Assembly (NCBI GenBank): GCA_050733195.1
Contig: JBOHSH010000045.1
Coordinates: 16,088 to 80,087, forward strand
DNA: 64,000 nucleotides
Direction of reading: 5' to 3'
Source: Gemmatimonadales bacterium
GTDB taxonomy: Bacteria; Gemmatimonadota; Gemmatimonadetes; Gemmatimonadales; GWC2-71-9
Positions 38,741 through 47,434 of the stretch are shown here, in pieces; position 1 is the first letter of the stretch; each line of letters begins with the position of its first letter. The notes beneath the pieces are model-generated. The model was not told the DNA's origin, made no database searches, and saw only the letters and a list, made by a program, of their open reading frames with translations. The position numbers were made by a program, and so were the translations under genes.

Positions 38741-40030
38741 GTGGTCGCCCGGCAGGCGGCTCTCTTCGCCGACGCCGGGCTCGCGCGGCAGGCGAACGGC
38801 ACGCTGACCCTGGCCGGGGTGTCGCTCAACGAGGTCGCGGCCGCCGTCGGCACGCCGGCGTATGTCTACAACGCGGGCGCGGTCCGGGCACACTACGAGA
38901 GCCTTTCCCGCGCGCTCACTCCGCTCGACCACCGCCTCTGCTATGCCGTCAAGGCCAACGGCTGCCTCGCGCTGCTCCGGGTGCTCAAGGACCTGGGGGC
39001 GGGCGCGGACATCGTGTCCGTGGGGGAGCTTCGCCGCGTCCTCGCCGCGGGATTTGCGCCCTCCACCATCGTCTTCAGCGGCGTGGGCAAGACACGCGAG
39101 GAGCTGGCCGAAGCCTGCGCCGAGCGCATCGGCCAGATCAACGTGGAATCGGTGGAGGAGCTGGAGATGCTCGGGCGGGTCGCCGAGCTGCAGGACACCC
39201 GGATCCGCGTTGGCATCCGGGTGAATCCGGACGTCACGCTCACGACGCATCCCTATCTCACCACCGGTACCGCCGCGGCCAAGTTCGGGATTCCGGCCGA
39301 TCTGGTCCTGGACACGGCGCGCCGCATCGCGGCGCATCCCCGGCTTGAGCTCACCGGCCTCGCGATGCACGTGGGGAGCCAGCTGCTCGACACCGCGCCG
39401 TTCCTCAAAGGCGCGACCCGTCTGGTCGAGCTGGTCCTCCAGATCCGCGCCGCGGGCATCACGACGCTCCGCGCGCTCGACATCGGTGGCGGACTCGGGA
39501 TCCGCTATGCCGACGAGACGCCGCTCGCCCCGGAGCGGCTCGCGGGGGTCATCCGGCCGGTCGTCTCGGGGCTCGGCCTGGCGCTGCACCTGGAGCCGGG
39601 GCGCTACCTGGTCGGCAGCGCCGGCGTGCTGCTGGCCACGGTGCTCTACCGGAAGCGCTCGGGCGGGAAGGATTTCGTGGTGGTGGACGCCGGGATGAAC
39701 GACCTGGTTCGGCCGAGCCACTACCAGGCGCACCACGAGGTCGTGGTGGTCGAGGAGCGCGATCGCCCGGTCAAATCGGTGGACGTCGTGGGACCGATTT
39801 GCGAGACCGGCGACTTCCTGGCGCTCGAGCGCCCGCTCCCCGCCGTCGAGCCGGGAGAGCGGCTCGCCATTCTCTGCGCCGGGGCCTACGGATTCGTGAT
39901 GGGCTCGACCTACAACGCGCGCCCGCGTCCCCCCGAGGTCCTGGTCGACGCCGGCAGGTTCGGCGTCGCGCGTCCCCGGGAGACGCTGGACGATCTCGTC
40001 CGCGGCGAATCCGTCACTCCGCTGGGGTGA
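38741..40030 (+). CDS. lysA: diaminopimelate decarboxylase
   Basis: GTPAYVYN, the PLP-lysine motif [14 protein letters not shown] and GAYG motifs. The start at GTG 38741 is inferred; the upstream 1.1 kb of ORF 37613.. is the proS shadow frame. Confidence 0.9.
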   Translation: MVARQAALFADAGLARQANGTLTLAGVSLNEVAAAVGTPAYVYNAGAVRAHYESLSRALTPLDHRLCYAVKANGCLALLRVLKDLGAGADIVSVGELRRVLAAGFAPSTIVFSGVGKTREELAEACAERIGQINVESVEELEMLGRVAELQDTRIRVGIRVNPDVTLTTHPYLTTGTAAAKFGIPADLVLDTARRIAAHPRLELTGLAMHVGSQLLDTAPFLKGATRLVELVLQIRAAGITTLRALDIGGGLGIRYADETPLAPERLAGVIRPVVSGLGLALHLEPGRYLVGSAGVLLATVLYRKRSGGKDFVVVDAGMNDLVRPSHYQAHHEVVVVEERDRPVKSVDVVGPICETGDFLALERPLPAVEPGERLAILCAGAYGFVMGSTYNARPRPPEVLVDAGRFGVARPRETLDDLVRGESVTPLG

Positions 40031-40037
40031 GCCGCCC

Positions 40038-41594
40038 ATGACGACGCACCCGGACGGCATCCTGATCCTCGACTACGGGTCGCAGTTCACGCAGCTCATC
40101 GCGCGCCGGGTCCGGGAAGCGCATGTCTACTGCGAGATTCATCCTCCCACCCGCTCCCTCGACTGGATCCGCGACTGGAAGCCCCGGGGCATCATTCTCT
40201 CCGGCGGCCCCAACTCGGTGTACGATCCGGGCGCGCCGCTGGCGGAGCCGGGGTTGCTGGAGCTGGGCGTCCCGGTGCTCGGACTCTGCTACGGGATGCA
40301 GCTGCTCGCGCAGCTCGCCGGCGGGAAGGTGACGCATGCGTCGCGGCGGGAGTACGGCCGCGCCCAGGTCACGGTGGAAGGCGGGAAGCTGTTCCGCGGC
40401 TTCGAGCGCGGCGAGGACCTCAGCGTCTGGATGAGCCACGGCGATCATGTCTCGGCTCCGCCTCCGGGCTTCGTCCGCACCGGGTCCAGCGTGAATTCCC
40501 CCGTCGCGGCCATGGAGCACGAGACCCGTCCGCTGTTCGCCGTCCAGTTTCATCCCGAGGTCGCGCACACGCCGCGCGGCGGCGAGGTCCTCGCGAACTT
40601 CCTCTTCGAGATCTGCGGCTGCGTCCCGGACTGGACCGCCGGACACTTCATCGAGCTCGAGACGGCCCGGATCCGGGAACAGGTCGGACCCGGGGCCCGG
40701 GTCATCTGCGGGCTCTCCGGCGGCGTCGATTCGTCGGTCGCCGCGGCGCTGGTGCATCGCGCGGTCGGCGACCGGCTCACCTGCATCTTCGTCGACCACG
40801 GCCTGCTCCGGCTCCACGAGCGCGACCAGGTGGAGGCGACGTTCCGCCGTCACCTGGGGATCGATTTCCGAGTCGTGGATGCGAGCGAGCGCTTCCTGAC
40901 GGCGCTGGCCGGCATCGAGGACCCCGAGCGGAAGCGGCGCATCATCGGGCACGAGTTCATCGAGGTATTCGCCGCGGAAGCCCGCGACGTCGGATCGGAC
41001 GTGGCGTTCCTGGTTCAGGGCACTCTCTATCCCGACGTGATCGAATCGGTCAGTCCGCGCGGGGGACCGTCCGTCACGATCAAGACGCATCACAACGTCG
41101 GGGGCCTCCCGGAGAAGCTTCCGTTCGCGCTGATCGAGCCGCTCCGGGAGCTGTTCAAGGACGAGGTCCGGCAGGTCGGCCGGGAGCTGGGACTTCCCGA
41201 GGAAATGGTGGGCCGGCATCCCTTCCCGGGTCCCGGTCTCGCGATCCGGATCCTCGGTGCCGTGACACGCCCCGAGCTCGACACGCTGCGGCAGGTCGAT
41301 GCGATCTACATCGAGGAGATCCGTGCCGCCGGGCTCTACGACGAGATCTGGCAGGCGTTCGCCGTGCTCCTCCCGATCCGGTCGGTCGGCGTCCAGGGCG
41401 ATTTCCGCACGTACGACCAGGCGGTGGCTCTGCGGGCGGTCACCAGCCGCGACGGCATGACCGCGGACTGGTTCCCGTTTCCGCCCGACCTGCTCGGCAG
41501 GATCTCGAACCGGATCGCCAACGAGGTCAAAGGGGTGAATCGCGTCGTCTACGACGTGAGCTCGAAGCCGCCCGCGACCATCGAATGGGAGTGA
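40038..41594 (+). CDS. guaA: GMP synthase (glutamine-hydrolysing)
   Basis: GATase domain ([13 protein letters not shown]), ATP-PPase SGGVDSSV, and the C-terminal ...PPATIEWE. Confidence 0.95.
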   Translation: MTTHPDGILILDYGSQFTQLIARRVREAHVYCEIHPPTRSLDWIRDWKPRGIILSGGPNSVYDPGAPLAEPGLLELGVPVLGLCYGMQLLAQLAGGKVTHASRREYGRAQVTVEGGKLFRGFERGEDLSVWMSHGDHVSAPPPGFVRTGSSVNSPVAAMEHETRPLFAVQFHPEVAHTPRGGEVLANFLFEICGCVPDWTAGHFIELETARIREQVGPGARVICGLSGGVDSSVAAALVHRAVGDRLTCIFVDHGLLRLHERDQVEATFRRHLGIDFRVVDASERFLTALAGIEDPERKRRIIGHEFIEVFAAEARDVGSDVAFLVQGTLYPDVIESVSPRGGPSVTIKTHHNVGGLPEKLPFALIEPLRELFKDEVRQVGRELGLPEEMVGRHPFPGPGLAIRILGAVTRPELDTLRQVDAIYIEEIRAAGLYDEIWQAFAVLLPIRSVGVQGDFRTYDQAVALRAVTSRDGMTADWFPFPPDLLGRISNRIANEVKGVNRVVYDVSSKPPATIEWE

Positions 41595-41607
41595 CCGCGT
41601 AGCACGC

Positions 41608-42060
41608 CTACGCCCCCCGTTCATCGAGCAGGGCCAACAGCTGATCGGGATTCGTGAGCGTCTTGAGGCGGTCGGCCACGTCGGACTGCTGCGCGAATTT
41701 CGCAATGCTGCCCAGAACCTGCAGATACTGGTTCGCCACTTCCACGGGGGGCGCCACGATCAGAAAAAACACGTGCACCGGACGGCCGTCGATCGCGTCG
41801 TACTCCACGCCGGGCTTGTGCACGCCGAAGGCGAGGCGGAGCCGCTTGACCTCGAGGGAGCGGCAGTGCGGAATGGCGATGCCGCGACCCACCCCGGTGG
41901 ATCCCAGGGCTTCCCGCCGGCGGAGCAGGCGGGCGAGGGTACCGGTCGCGCGTTCGTCGAGGTGGAGCAGAGTGATCAGCTCGTCGAGCACGGCGTCCTT
42001 GGTCGGCGCGTGCAGGTCGAGCGAAACGGCGCTCGGCTCGATGAAGTCCCGGAGTCGCAT
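41608..42060 (-). CDS. ptsN: PTS EIIA(Ntr)-type nitrogen regulatory protein
   Basis: 150 aa PTS_EIIA_2 fold: GSTGVGRGIAIPH (phosphorylatable His) and VHVFFLIVAP. Convergent with guaA across a 13 nt gap. Confidence 0.85.
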   Translation of the reverse strand: MRLRDFIEPSAVSLDLHAPTKDAVLDELITLLHLDERATGTLARLLRRREALGSTGVGRGIAIPHCRSLEVKRLRLAFGVHKPGVEYDAIDGRPVHVFFLIVAPPVEVANQYLQVLGSIAKFAQQSDVADRLKTLTNPDQLLALLDERGA

Positions 42061-42142
42061 GGCGGGAAGAGTTTACGGGCGGATCATGGCAGAGTCAAAC
42101 CCTGTGATTGCTCCGGTCCGACGGCGCAAGTAACTTTCCATC

Positions 42143-43144
42143 ATGCGGTTACCGTACCGAGTCGAGGTGTCGACTCCCCTCATTCTGGCTCCCATGGCCG
42201 GAGTGTCCGAGGCGCCGTTCCGGCAAGTCTGCCGGCGCTTCGGGGCGGACGTGCTCATGACCGAGTTTCTCTCGGCGGAGGCCATCCGGCGGGGAATCCG
42301 GAAGACGATCGAAGGGGCGGAATTCGAGGAGATCGAGCGGCCGATCGGCGTGCAGATCTACGGGGCCGATCCCGAGGCGATGGCGCGCGCGGCCGCCATC
42401 GTCACCGAGGCCTACGCACCCGAGTTCCTCGACATCAACTTCGGCTGTCCGGTGAAGAAGGTCGTGCAGCGCAACGGCGGTTCGGGCTGCCTGCGCGATC
42501 TCGATCTCGTCCAGCGGATCATCCGCGCGGTCGTGGCGGCGACGCATCTTCCGGTGACCGTGAAGACCCGGAGCGGCTGGAGCGAGGAGACCCGCGATCC
42601 CGTGGGCATCGCGCTCAGGGTTCAGGATGCGGGAGCGCGCGCGTTCACGCTCCACGCGCGGACCCGCACCCAGATGTTCCAGGGCAAGGCGAGCTGGGAC
42701 GAGATCGCGCGCGTGGTGAGCGCGCTGGACATCCCGGTCATCGGGAACGGGGACGTGCAGACGGCGGAGGACGTGGTCCGGCTGCAGCGTCATACCGGCT
42801 GCGCGGGCGTGATGATCGGCCGCGGCTCCTTCGGCACTCCCTGGCTGTTCCGGGACGCGCATGCGCTGCTCCGCGGCGAACCGTGTCCGGCCGCGCCGGG
42901 CCCGGCCGAACGCTTCGCCCTGGCGCTCGAGCACGCGCGGCTGGCGATCCGCCTTCAGGGCGACACCCGCAAGACCGTGATCGAGTTCCGCAAGCACTTC
43001 GGCTGGTACACCAGAGGGCTTCCCGCCGCCGGGACCCTGCGGGAGCGCCTCTTCCGGGTGGAGACCATGGCGGAGGCGGAGGCGGTCTTCCGGAGCTATC
43101 TCTTGGGCCGCGCGAGCGGCGAGTCCGCCGTCCGGGCGGCGTGA
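42143..43144 (+). CDS. tRNA-dihydrouridine synthase
   Basis: ILAPMAGVSEAPFR, INFGCPVKKV, VTVKTR and HARTR motifs of the Dus (DusB-like) family. Confidence 0.9.
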   Translation: MRLPYRVEVSTPLILAPMAGVSEAPFRQVCRRFGADVLMTEFLSAEAIRRGIRKTIEGAEFEEIERPIGVQIYGADPEAMARAAAIVTEAYAPEFLDINFGCPVKKVVQRNGGSGCLRDLDLVQRIIRAVVAATHLPVTVKTRSGWSEETRDPVGIALRVQDAGARAFTLHARTRTQMFQGKASWDEIARVVSALDIPVIGNGDVQTAEDVVRLQRHTGCAGVMIGRGSFGTPWLFRDAHALLRGEPCPAAPGPAERFALALEHARLAIRLQGDTRKTVIEFRKHFGWYTRGLPAAGTLRERLFRVETMAEAEAVFRSYLLGRASGESAVRAA

Positions 43145-43905
43145 ACCGCGCGCGGCTGGAGGCGCTGCTGGCCGAGGTCGCCTCCGGCACCACGAGTCCG
43201 ACCACGGCCCTGGAACGGCTCGAGCACTTTCCCACCGAGAATCTGGGGTTCGCCCGGCTCGACCATCATCGGGCCCTGCGGCTGGGGCAGCCCGAGGTGG
43301 TGTTCGCGGCGAGCAAGACCGACGCCCAGCTGACCGCGATCTGCGAGCGGCTGGCCGCGGCGCACGGCACCTTCCTGGCCACCCGGGTTACGGACGCGCA
43401 GGGGCGCGCGCTGGTCGCGCGCTTCGGGGGCGCGCGGTGGAATGCCCTCGGGCGGGTCGTCTGGCTGCCGGCGGCGAGCCGCGAGGAGCTCGGCGGGGGG
43501 GCCGCGCTCGTGGTCTCCGCCGGGACCAGCGATCTCCCCGTTGCGGAGGAAGCGGCGGCCGTGCTCGACGCCATGGGCGCCACCGTCGAGACGCTGGCCG
43601 ACGTGGGGGTCGCCGGGCTCCACCGGGTCCTCGCGGCGAGCGACCAGCTCCGCCGGGCCGCGGTCGTGATCGTCGTCGCGGGCATGGAGGGCGCGCTCCC
43701 GAGCGTGGTCGGCGGCCTCGTCGCGGCGCCGGTGATCGCGGTGCCGACAAGCGTGGGCTACGGCGCCTCCTTCGGCGGCGTGGCGGCCCTGCTGGGCATG
43801 CTCAACTCGTGCGCTCCCGGTGTGACGGTCGTGAACATCGACAACGGTTTCGGCGCGGCGATGGCCGCGGTCCGGCTCCTCGCGGCACGAGTCCGGGCGG
43901 GCTGA
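43141..43905 (+). CDS. larB: nickel-pincer cofactor biosynthesis protein LarB (PurE-like AIR carboxylase fold)
   Basis: GTG 43141 overlaps the dus TGA. AGTSDLPVAEEAA, DVGVAGLHRV, VAGMEGALPSVVGGL, AVPTSVGYGA and MLNSCAPGVTVVNIDNGFGAA are the LarB/COG1691 signature blocks. Confidence 0.8.
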   Translation: MNRARLEALLAEVASGTTSPTTALERLEHFPTENLGFARLDHHRALRLGQPEVVFAASKTDAQLTAICERLAAAHGTFLATRVTDAQGRALVARFGGARWNALGRVVWLPAASREELGGGAALVVSAGTSDLPVAEEAAAVLDAMGATVETLADVGVAGLHRVLAASDQLRRAAVVIVVAGMEGALPSVVGGLVAAPVIAVPTSVGYGASFGGVAALLGMLNSCAPGVTVVNIDNGFGAAMAAVRLLAARVRAG

Positions 43906-44831
43906 TGGAGACCGTCGTCCATTGCTCCGAGAATCCGGCCTTCACCTGGATCGACGTCTATGGACCCGAGCCGGCGGAGCTCCTGGACCTGGCGCGCCGC
44001 TACGGCCTGCACCAGACCTCGGTCGAAGATTGCCTCGATCCGGAGCACCTCCCGAAGCACGAGCGCATCGGCGAGACGACGTTCCTGATTCTCCGGGTGT
44101 TCGATCCGGCGGCACCGGACCGGGCCGCGAGCGTACAGGAACTCACGAGGAAGATCGCGCTCTTCCTGCGACAGGATCTCGCGATCACGATCCATCGCGT
44201 GGATCTGCCGCTGATCCGCGATCTCCGGGAACGGTTCTCCGGCCACGGTCCCGAAAGCGCGTGCACGCCGCTCGAACTGCTCACGGCGCTGGTGCGGGGA
44301 GGGCTCGCGAGCTACGAGAAGCCGCTCGCCACGGCGGAGGATTCGCTCGACCAGTTCGAGGAGGAGCTGTTCCACGGGCGGGCCCGGGGGCCGGCGCTGC
44401 CGCGCATTCACCAGCTCAAGCGGCGCGTGAGCCTGATTCGGCGGATGCTGTGGCAGACCACCTCGGTGATTCAGCGCCTGACGCCAACCGGTGAGCGCAC
44501 CCAGCCGGTCTACCAGGACCTCCGGGAGACCGCGGAGGGGTATCACTTCTGGGCCGACGAGCTTCTCGAGGAGGTGAACAACCTCCTCGCGATGTACGTG
44601 ACCATGGCGTCCCACCGGACGAACGAGGTCATGCGGGTGCTCACCGTCTTTTCCGCGTTCTTCCTGCCGCTCACGTTCATCGTCGGCGTCTACGGCATGA
44701 ACTTCGACTGGATGCCGGAGCTCCCGCAGCGATGGGGTTATCCGGCGGTGCTCGGGCTCATGGCGGGAGTGAGCCTGGTCATCTTCGTCTGGTTCCGGCG
44801 CCGAGGCTGGCTCCGGCGCGCCCGCGACTGA
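43905..44831 (+). CDS. corA: CorA-family divalent metal ion transporter
   Basis: TGATG overlap with larB. Cytoplasmic domain plus two C-terminal TM segments carrying the YGMNF signature. Confidence 0.85.
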   Translation: METVVHCSENPAFTWIDVYGPEPAELLDLARRYGLHQTSVEDCLDPEHLPKHERIGETTFLILRVFDPAAPDRAASVQELTRKIALFLRQDLAITIHRVDLPLIRDLRERFSGHGPESACTPLELLTALVRGGLASYEKPLATAEDSLDQFEEELFHGRARGPALPRIHQLKRRVSLIRRMLWQTTSVIQRLTPTGERTQPVYQDLRETAEGYHFWADELLEEVNNLLAMYVTMASHRTNEVMRVLTVFSAFFLPLTFIVGVYGMNFDWMPELPQRWGYPAVLGLMAGVSLVIFVWFRRRGWLRRARD

Positions 44832-44834
44832 CGG

Positions 44835-46178
44835 ATGTCTCTGTTGGAGCCGTTCTGGAGGTGGCTGCGCCGGGAGGAGCCGGCTGCGTGGGCGCCCGGC
44901 GACGGGCCGCCCGTGCTCGAATGGGTGAGGCGCGCCAACGCCGCGCAGGGCGCCTGGCTGGTCGGGTCGGGAACCCGGGAGACTTCGGCGCCGGCCGGGG
45001 GAATTCCGGCGGAGACGGATCGCCTCGTGCGCGTCCGGCTCGAGCAGCATCGCCTGGGCGACGCGCAGGGCGTCGAGCGTCTCGATCGCGGGTTGCTCGT
45101 CTACGCGTCGCTCGACGGACGGGCCGCGGCCCTGCTCCTGCCGGACGGAGCGTCGGCGTCGCGCCGCGAGCTCGCACGGCACGACCTCGCCCGGCTCGTC
45201 GACTACGACCGCTGGCGGCCGATCCTCGCCGAAGTCACCCGCCAGCAGGGCACGCCCGGAGAATCCGTCGAGAGCATCGCGCTCAGGCTCGCGCATCAGC
45301 TGGAACGCCAGCTGGGGGTCGAGGCGGCCGTGGCGCTTCCCCGGGGATCGGTCGTCGAGATCGCCGGAGTCTCGCTCCGCTCGGATCGGCGCCTCATGGG
45401 GACCGTCCTCGACGATTCCAGCCCTCTCGCCCGCGTGGCCAGGGGCCAGTCGGGCGACCTGGCCGGCGTCGACGATCCGCTCGGCGGCGCGATCGGCGAC
45501 CGCCGGAACCGCTGGGGCCTTGCCTACGTGGCACCCATCCCGTGGAGCGGGAGCCCGGTCGGGGCGGTGGCGGTCTGGTCCCCCAGCGGCACCGAGCCCC
45601 GAGGGGGGGCCCTGGCGGCGTTCCGCGCCACGCTCGACGCCGCCGGCCCGCGGCTCCAGGCGGCCACGGACCGCCGCACGCTCGCGGAGATGGCGATACG
45701 CGATCCGCTCACGGGCGCGCTCAACCGGCGCGGGCTGGACGAGCGACTCCGCTCCGTCGCGTCGGGTGTGGGTGCGCTGGTCTACGCCGACCTCGATCAC
45801 TTCAAGAAGCTCAACGACACCCTGGGCCACCCTGCCGGGGACCAGGCGCTCATCCACTTCGCCCGGCTGCTGGAGCAGGCGGTGCGCGACGGCGATGTCG
45901 TCGCACGCATCGGCGGGGAAGAGTTTGCCGTCTGGTTGCCGGGGGCGTCTCTCGAGCGGGGCCGCCAGGTGGCGGAGCGGGTGCGCCAGGCCTTCTCCTG
46001 GAGCGACTGGCGGTGGCAGGGTGAGCGATGGCCGCTGACGGCGTCGTTCGGCGTCGCCGCCTGTCCGGAGACCGCGCCACGAGTGGAGCTGCTCCCCGCG
46101 CAGGCCGACCGCGCCCTTTACACGGCCAAGAGGGAGGGGAGGGACCGGGTGGCGGTGGAGCAGGGAGTTAGGGACTAG
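44835..46178 (+). CDS. diguanylate cyclase (GGDEF) with uncharacterised N-terminal sensory region
   Basis: C-terminal DPLTGALNRRG, DLDHFKKLND, active site RIGGEEFAV and YTAKREGRDRV. The N-terminal approximately 285 aa are unassigned, possibly GAF-like. Confidence 0.85.
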   Translation: MSLLEPFWRWLRREEPAAWAPGDGPPVLEWVRRANAAQGAWLVGSGTRETSAPAGGIPAETDRLVRVRLEQHRLGDAQGVERLDRGLLVYASLDGRAAALLLPDGASASRRELARHDLARLVDYDRWRPILAEVTRQQGTPGESVESIALRLAHQLERQLGVEAAVALPRGSVVEIAGVSLRSDRRLMGTVLDDSSPLARVARGQSGDLAGVDDPLGGAIGDRRNRWGLAYVAPIPWSGSPVGAVAVWSPSGTEPRGGALAAFRATLDAAGPRLQAATDRRTLAEMAIRDPLTGALNRRGLDERLRSVASGVGALVYADLDHFKKLNDTLGHPAGDQALIHFARLLEQAVRDGDVVARIGGEEFAVWLPGASLERGRQVAERVRQAFSWSDWRWQGERWPLTASFGVAACPETAPRVELLPAQADRALYTAKREGRDRVAVEQGVRD

Positions 46179-46201
46179 GGACTGGGGACTGGGGACTAGG
46201 G
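46163..46201 (+). repeat. tandem heptamer array GGGACTR x4 plus partial units; G-quadruplex-type motif
   Basis: Read directly: GGGAGTTA GGGACTA GGGACTG GGGACTG GGGACTA GGG. The diguanylate cyclase stop TAG (46176-46178) spans the junction of the first and second full units. Confidence 0.85.
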
Positions 46202-46251
46202 CGCCAGGAGGAGTCACGCATCGATTCACCGCCGTAACCCTCGTCGTCGCG

Positions 46252-46829
46252 ATGGCGATGAGCGGGCACGCTCACGCGCAGGCCGCCGACTCGGCGCTCG
46301 TGGCATGGGCCCGCGCGATTCACGACCGGGTCATCACGCTCGACACCCACGTCGACATCAACCCGGGAAACTTCACTCCGGCCCGGAACTACACCCAGCG
46401 CCTGTCGACGCAGGTGGATCTGCCCAAGATGGAAGAGGGCGGCCTGGACGCGGTGTTCCTCATCGTCTATGTCGGTGAGAACAGCGATCTCACGCCCGAC
46501 GGCTTCGCCCGAGCCCACGCCGCGGCGCTCGAGAAGTTCACGGCGATCCATCGGCTGACGAAGGAGCTGGCCCCCGACCGGATCGGTCTCGCCCTGACGG
46601 CGGCGGACGTGCGCCGCATCGCCGCCACGGGGAGGAAAGTGGCGCTCATCGGGGTGGGCGACTCGGCGACCCGGGCGGCGTATCAGGGCGAGCTGCAGGA
46701 GATCAACCGGCGCTCCCCCCCTATCGGGAGGCGGACATCGCCAAGCTCTGGTCGGGGAATCTGCTTCGGGTCATGGAGGCCGTCGAGCGCGTAGCCGCCG
46801 CATCCAAGCCAGTAGACGGAACCTTGTAA
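46252..46829 (+). pseudogene. remnant of an M19-family membrane dipeptidase gene (internal deletions plus frameshift)
   Basis: The first 135 aa of ORF 46252..46794 look like an M19 N-terminus (ITLDTHVDI, QVDLPKMEEGGLDAVF, KVALIGV). The central catalytic part is absent. A typical C-terminus (YREADIAKLWSGNLLRVMEAVE...) reads in another frame, 46722..46829, just after a C7 run (46715-46721). Total about 580 nt against roughly 1.1-1.2 kb expected. Confidence 0.55.
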
Positions 46830-46956
46830 GTCGTTAACCGGCCACCGTTTCTGGATTCTGATCTGTAGTATCACATTAGCGTGTTGGCTGGTTACAATCG
46901 GGTCCGGAAAGGGCAGGTTGTCCCGGCGGTGGCATGCGAGTAGCATTCCCCCCGTC

Positions 46957-47317
46957 GGGGGCGACTGGCTTCGACGGATTGGTTGAAAGTGAGGCAGCGT
47001 GCCCAGGTCCCAGATCCCTGGCTAAACCGTCTGGAATGCTTCAACTGCCAACTCTGACTTGGCGCTGGCTGCGTGAGTTGAGCTCTGCTCGCTGACGCAC
47101 CTCCGGCCGCAGAAGCCCGCCCGGGGCGTCGCGTCCGGATCGTAAAGCTGGGCTGGCCCGGCGCGTGTCCTCCGGCGCGCCGGGTAAGATCTCAGGAGGT
47201 CCGTTCCGGGAAGGTCGGCCGTTCACCGGCCCGGGACCACGCGAGAAGAATGGCCTACGCACGTAGACGCCGCGCCGGACGCTGATTCGGACCAGGGTTC
47301 GATTCCCTGCGCCTCCA
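46957..47317 (+). ncRNA. ssrA: transfer-messenger RNA (tmRNA)
   Basis: 5' GGGGGCGACTGGCTTCGACGG, 3' T-arm GGTTCGATTCCCTG, and acceptor strand CGCCTCC followed by the discriminator A. The 7 bp acceptor stem includes the G3:U pair. Tag reading frame ...GCC AAC TCT GAC TTG GCG CTG GCT GCG TGA (47047-47076) encodes ANSDLALAA. CCA is not fully encoded (ACTC). Confidence 0.9.
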
Positions 47318-47320
47318 CTC

Positions 47321-47390
47321 GAAGGGCGGTCGGGCAGCCGGGCGGTGTGAGTCACACCGATCCGTCGGCCGGCCGCCCTTTCCCTTTTCC
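47321..47390 (+). terminator. candidate ssrA terminator (long stem with inner hairpin, T/C-rich tail)
   Basis: GAAGGGCGGTCGG (47321-47333) pairs with CCGGCCGCCCTTT (47369-47381, one G:U). The stem encloses the inner hairpin GGTGTGA/TCACACC and is followed by TCCCTTTTCC. Confidence 0.45.
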
Positions 47391-47434
47391 CTTCGGACGG
47401 CATCTTTTTCGGCGGTTCCCCCCGGTCCGGTTCC

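Noticed and set aside
43758-46229. 823 aa minus-strand ORF opposite corA and the diguanylate cyclase, and comparable ORFs at 17830..19782, 28881..30812, 35744..37138, 38699..40060 and 40014..41705
   Set aside because: Same reasoning: each lies antisense to a gene with clear family motifs, and each has an Arg/Pro/Gly-rich low-complexity translation.
46683-46946. 87 aa minus-strand ORF in the AT-rich patch upstream of ssrA
   Set aside because: It overlaps the dipeptidase remnant and ends within 11 nt of the tmRNA 5' end. It has atypical composition for this genome and no recognisable motif or ribosome binding site. It is probably a chance ORF in AT-rich promoter DNA.
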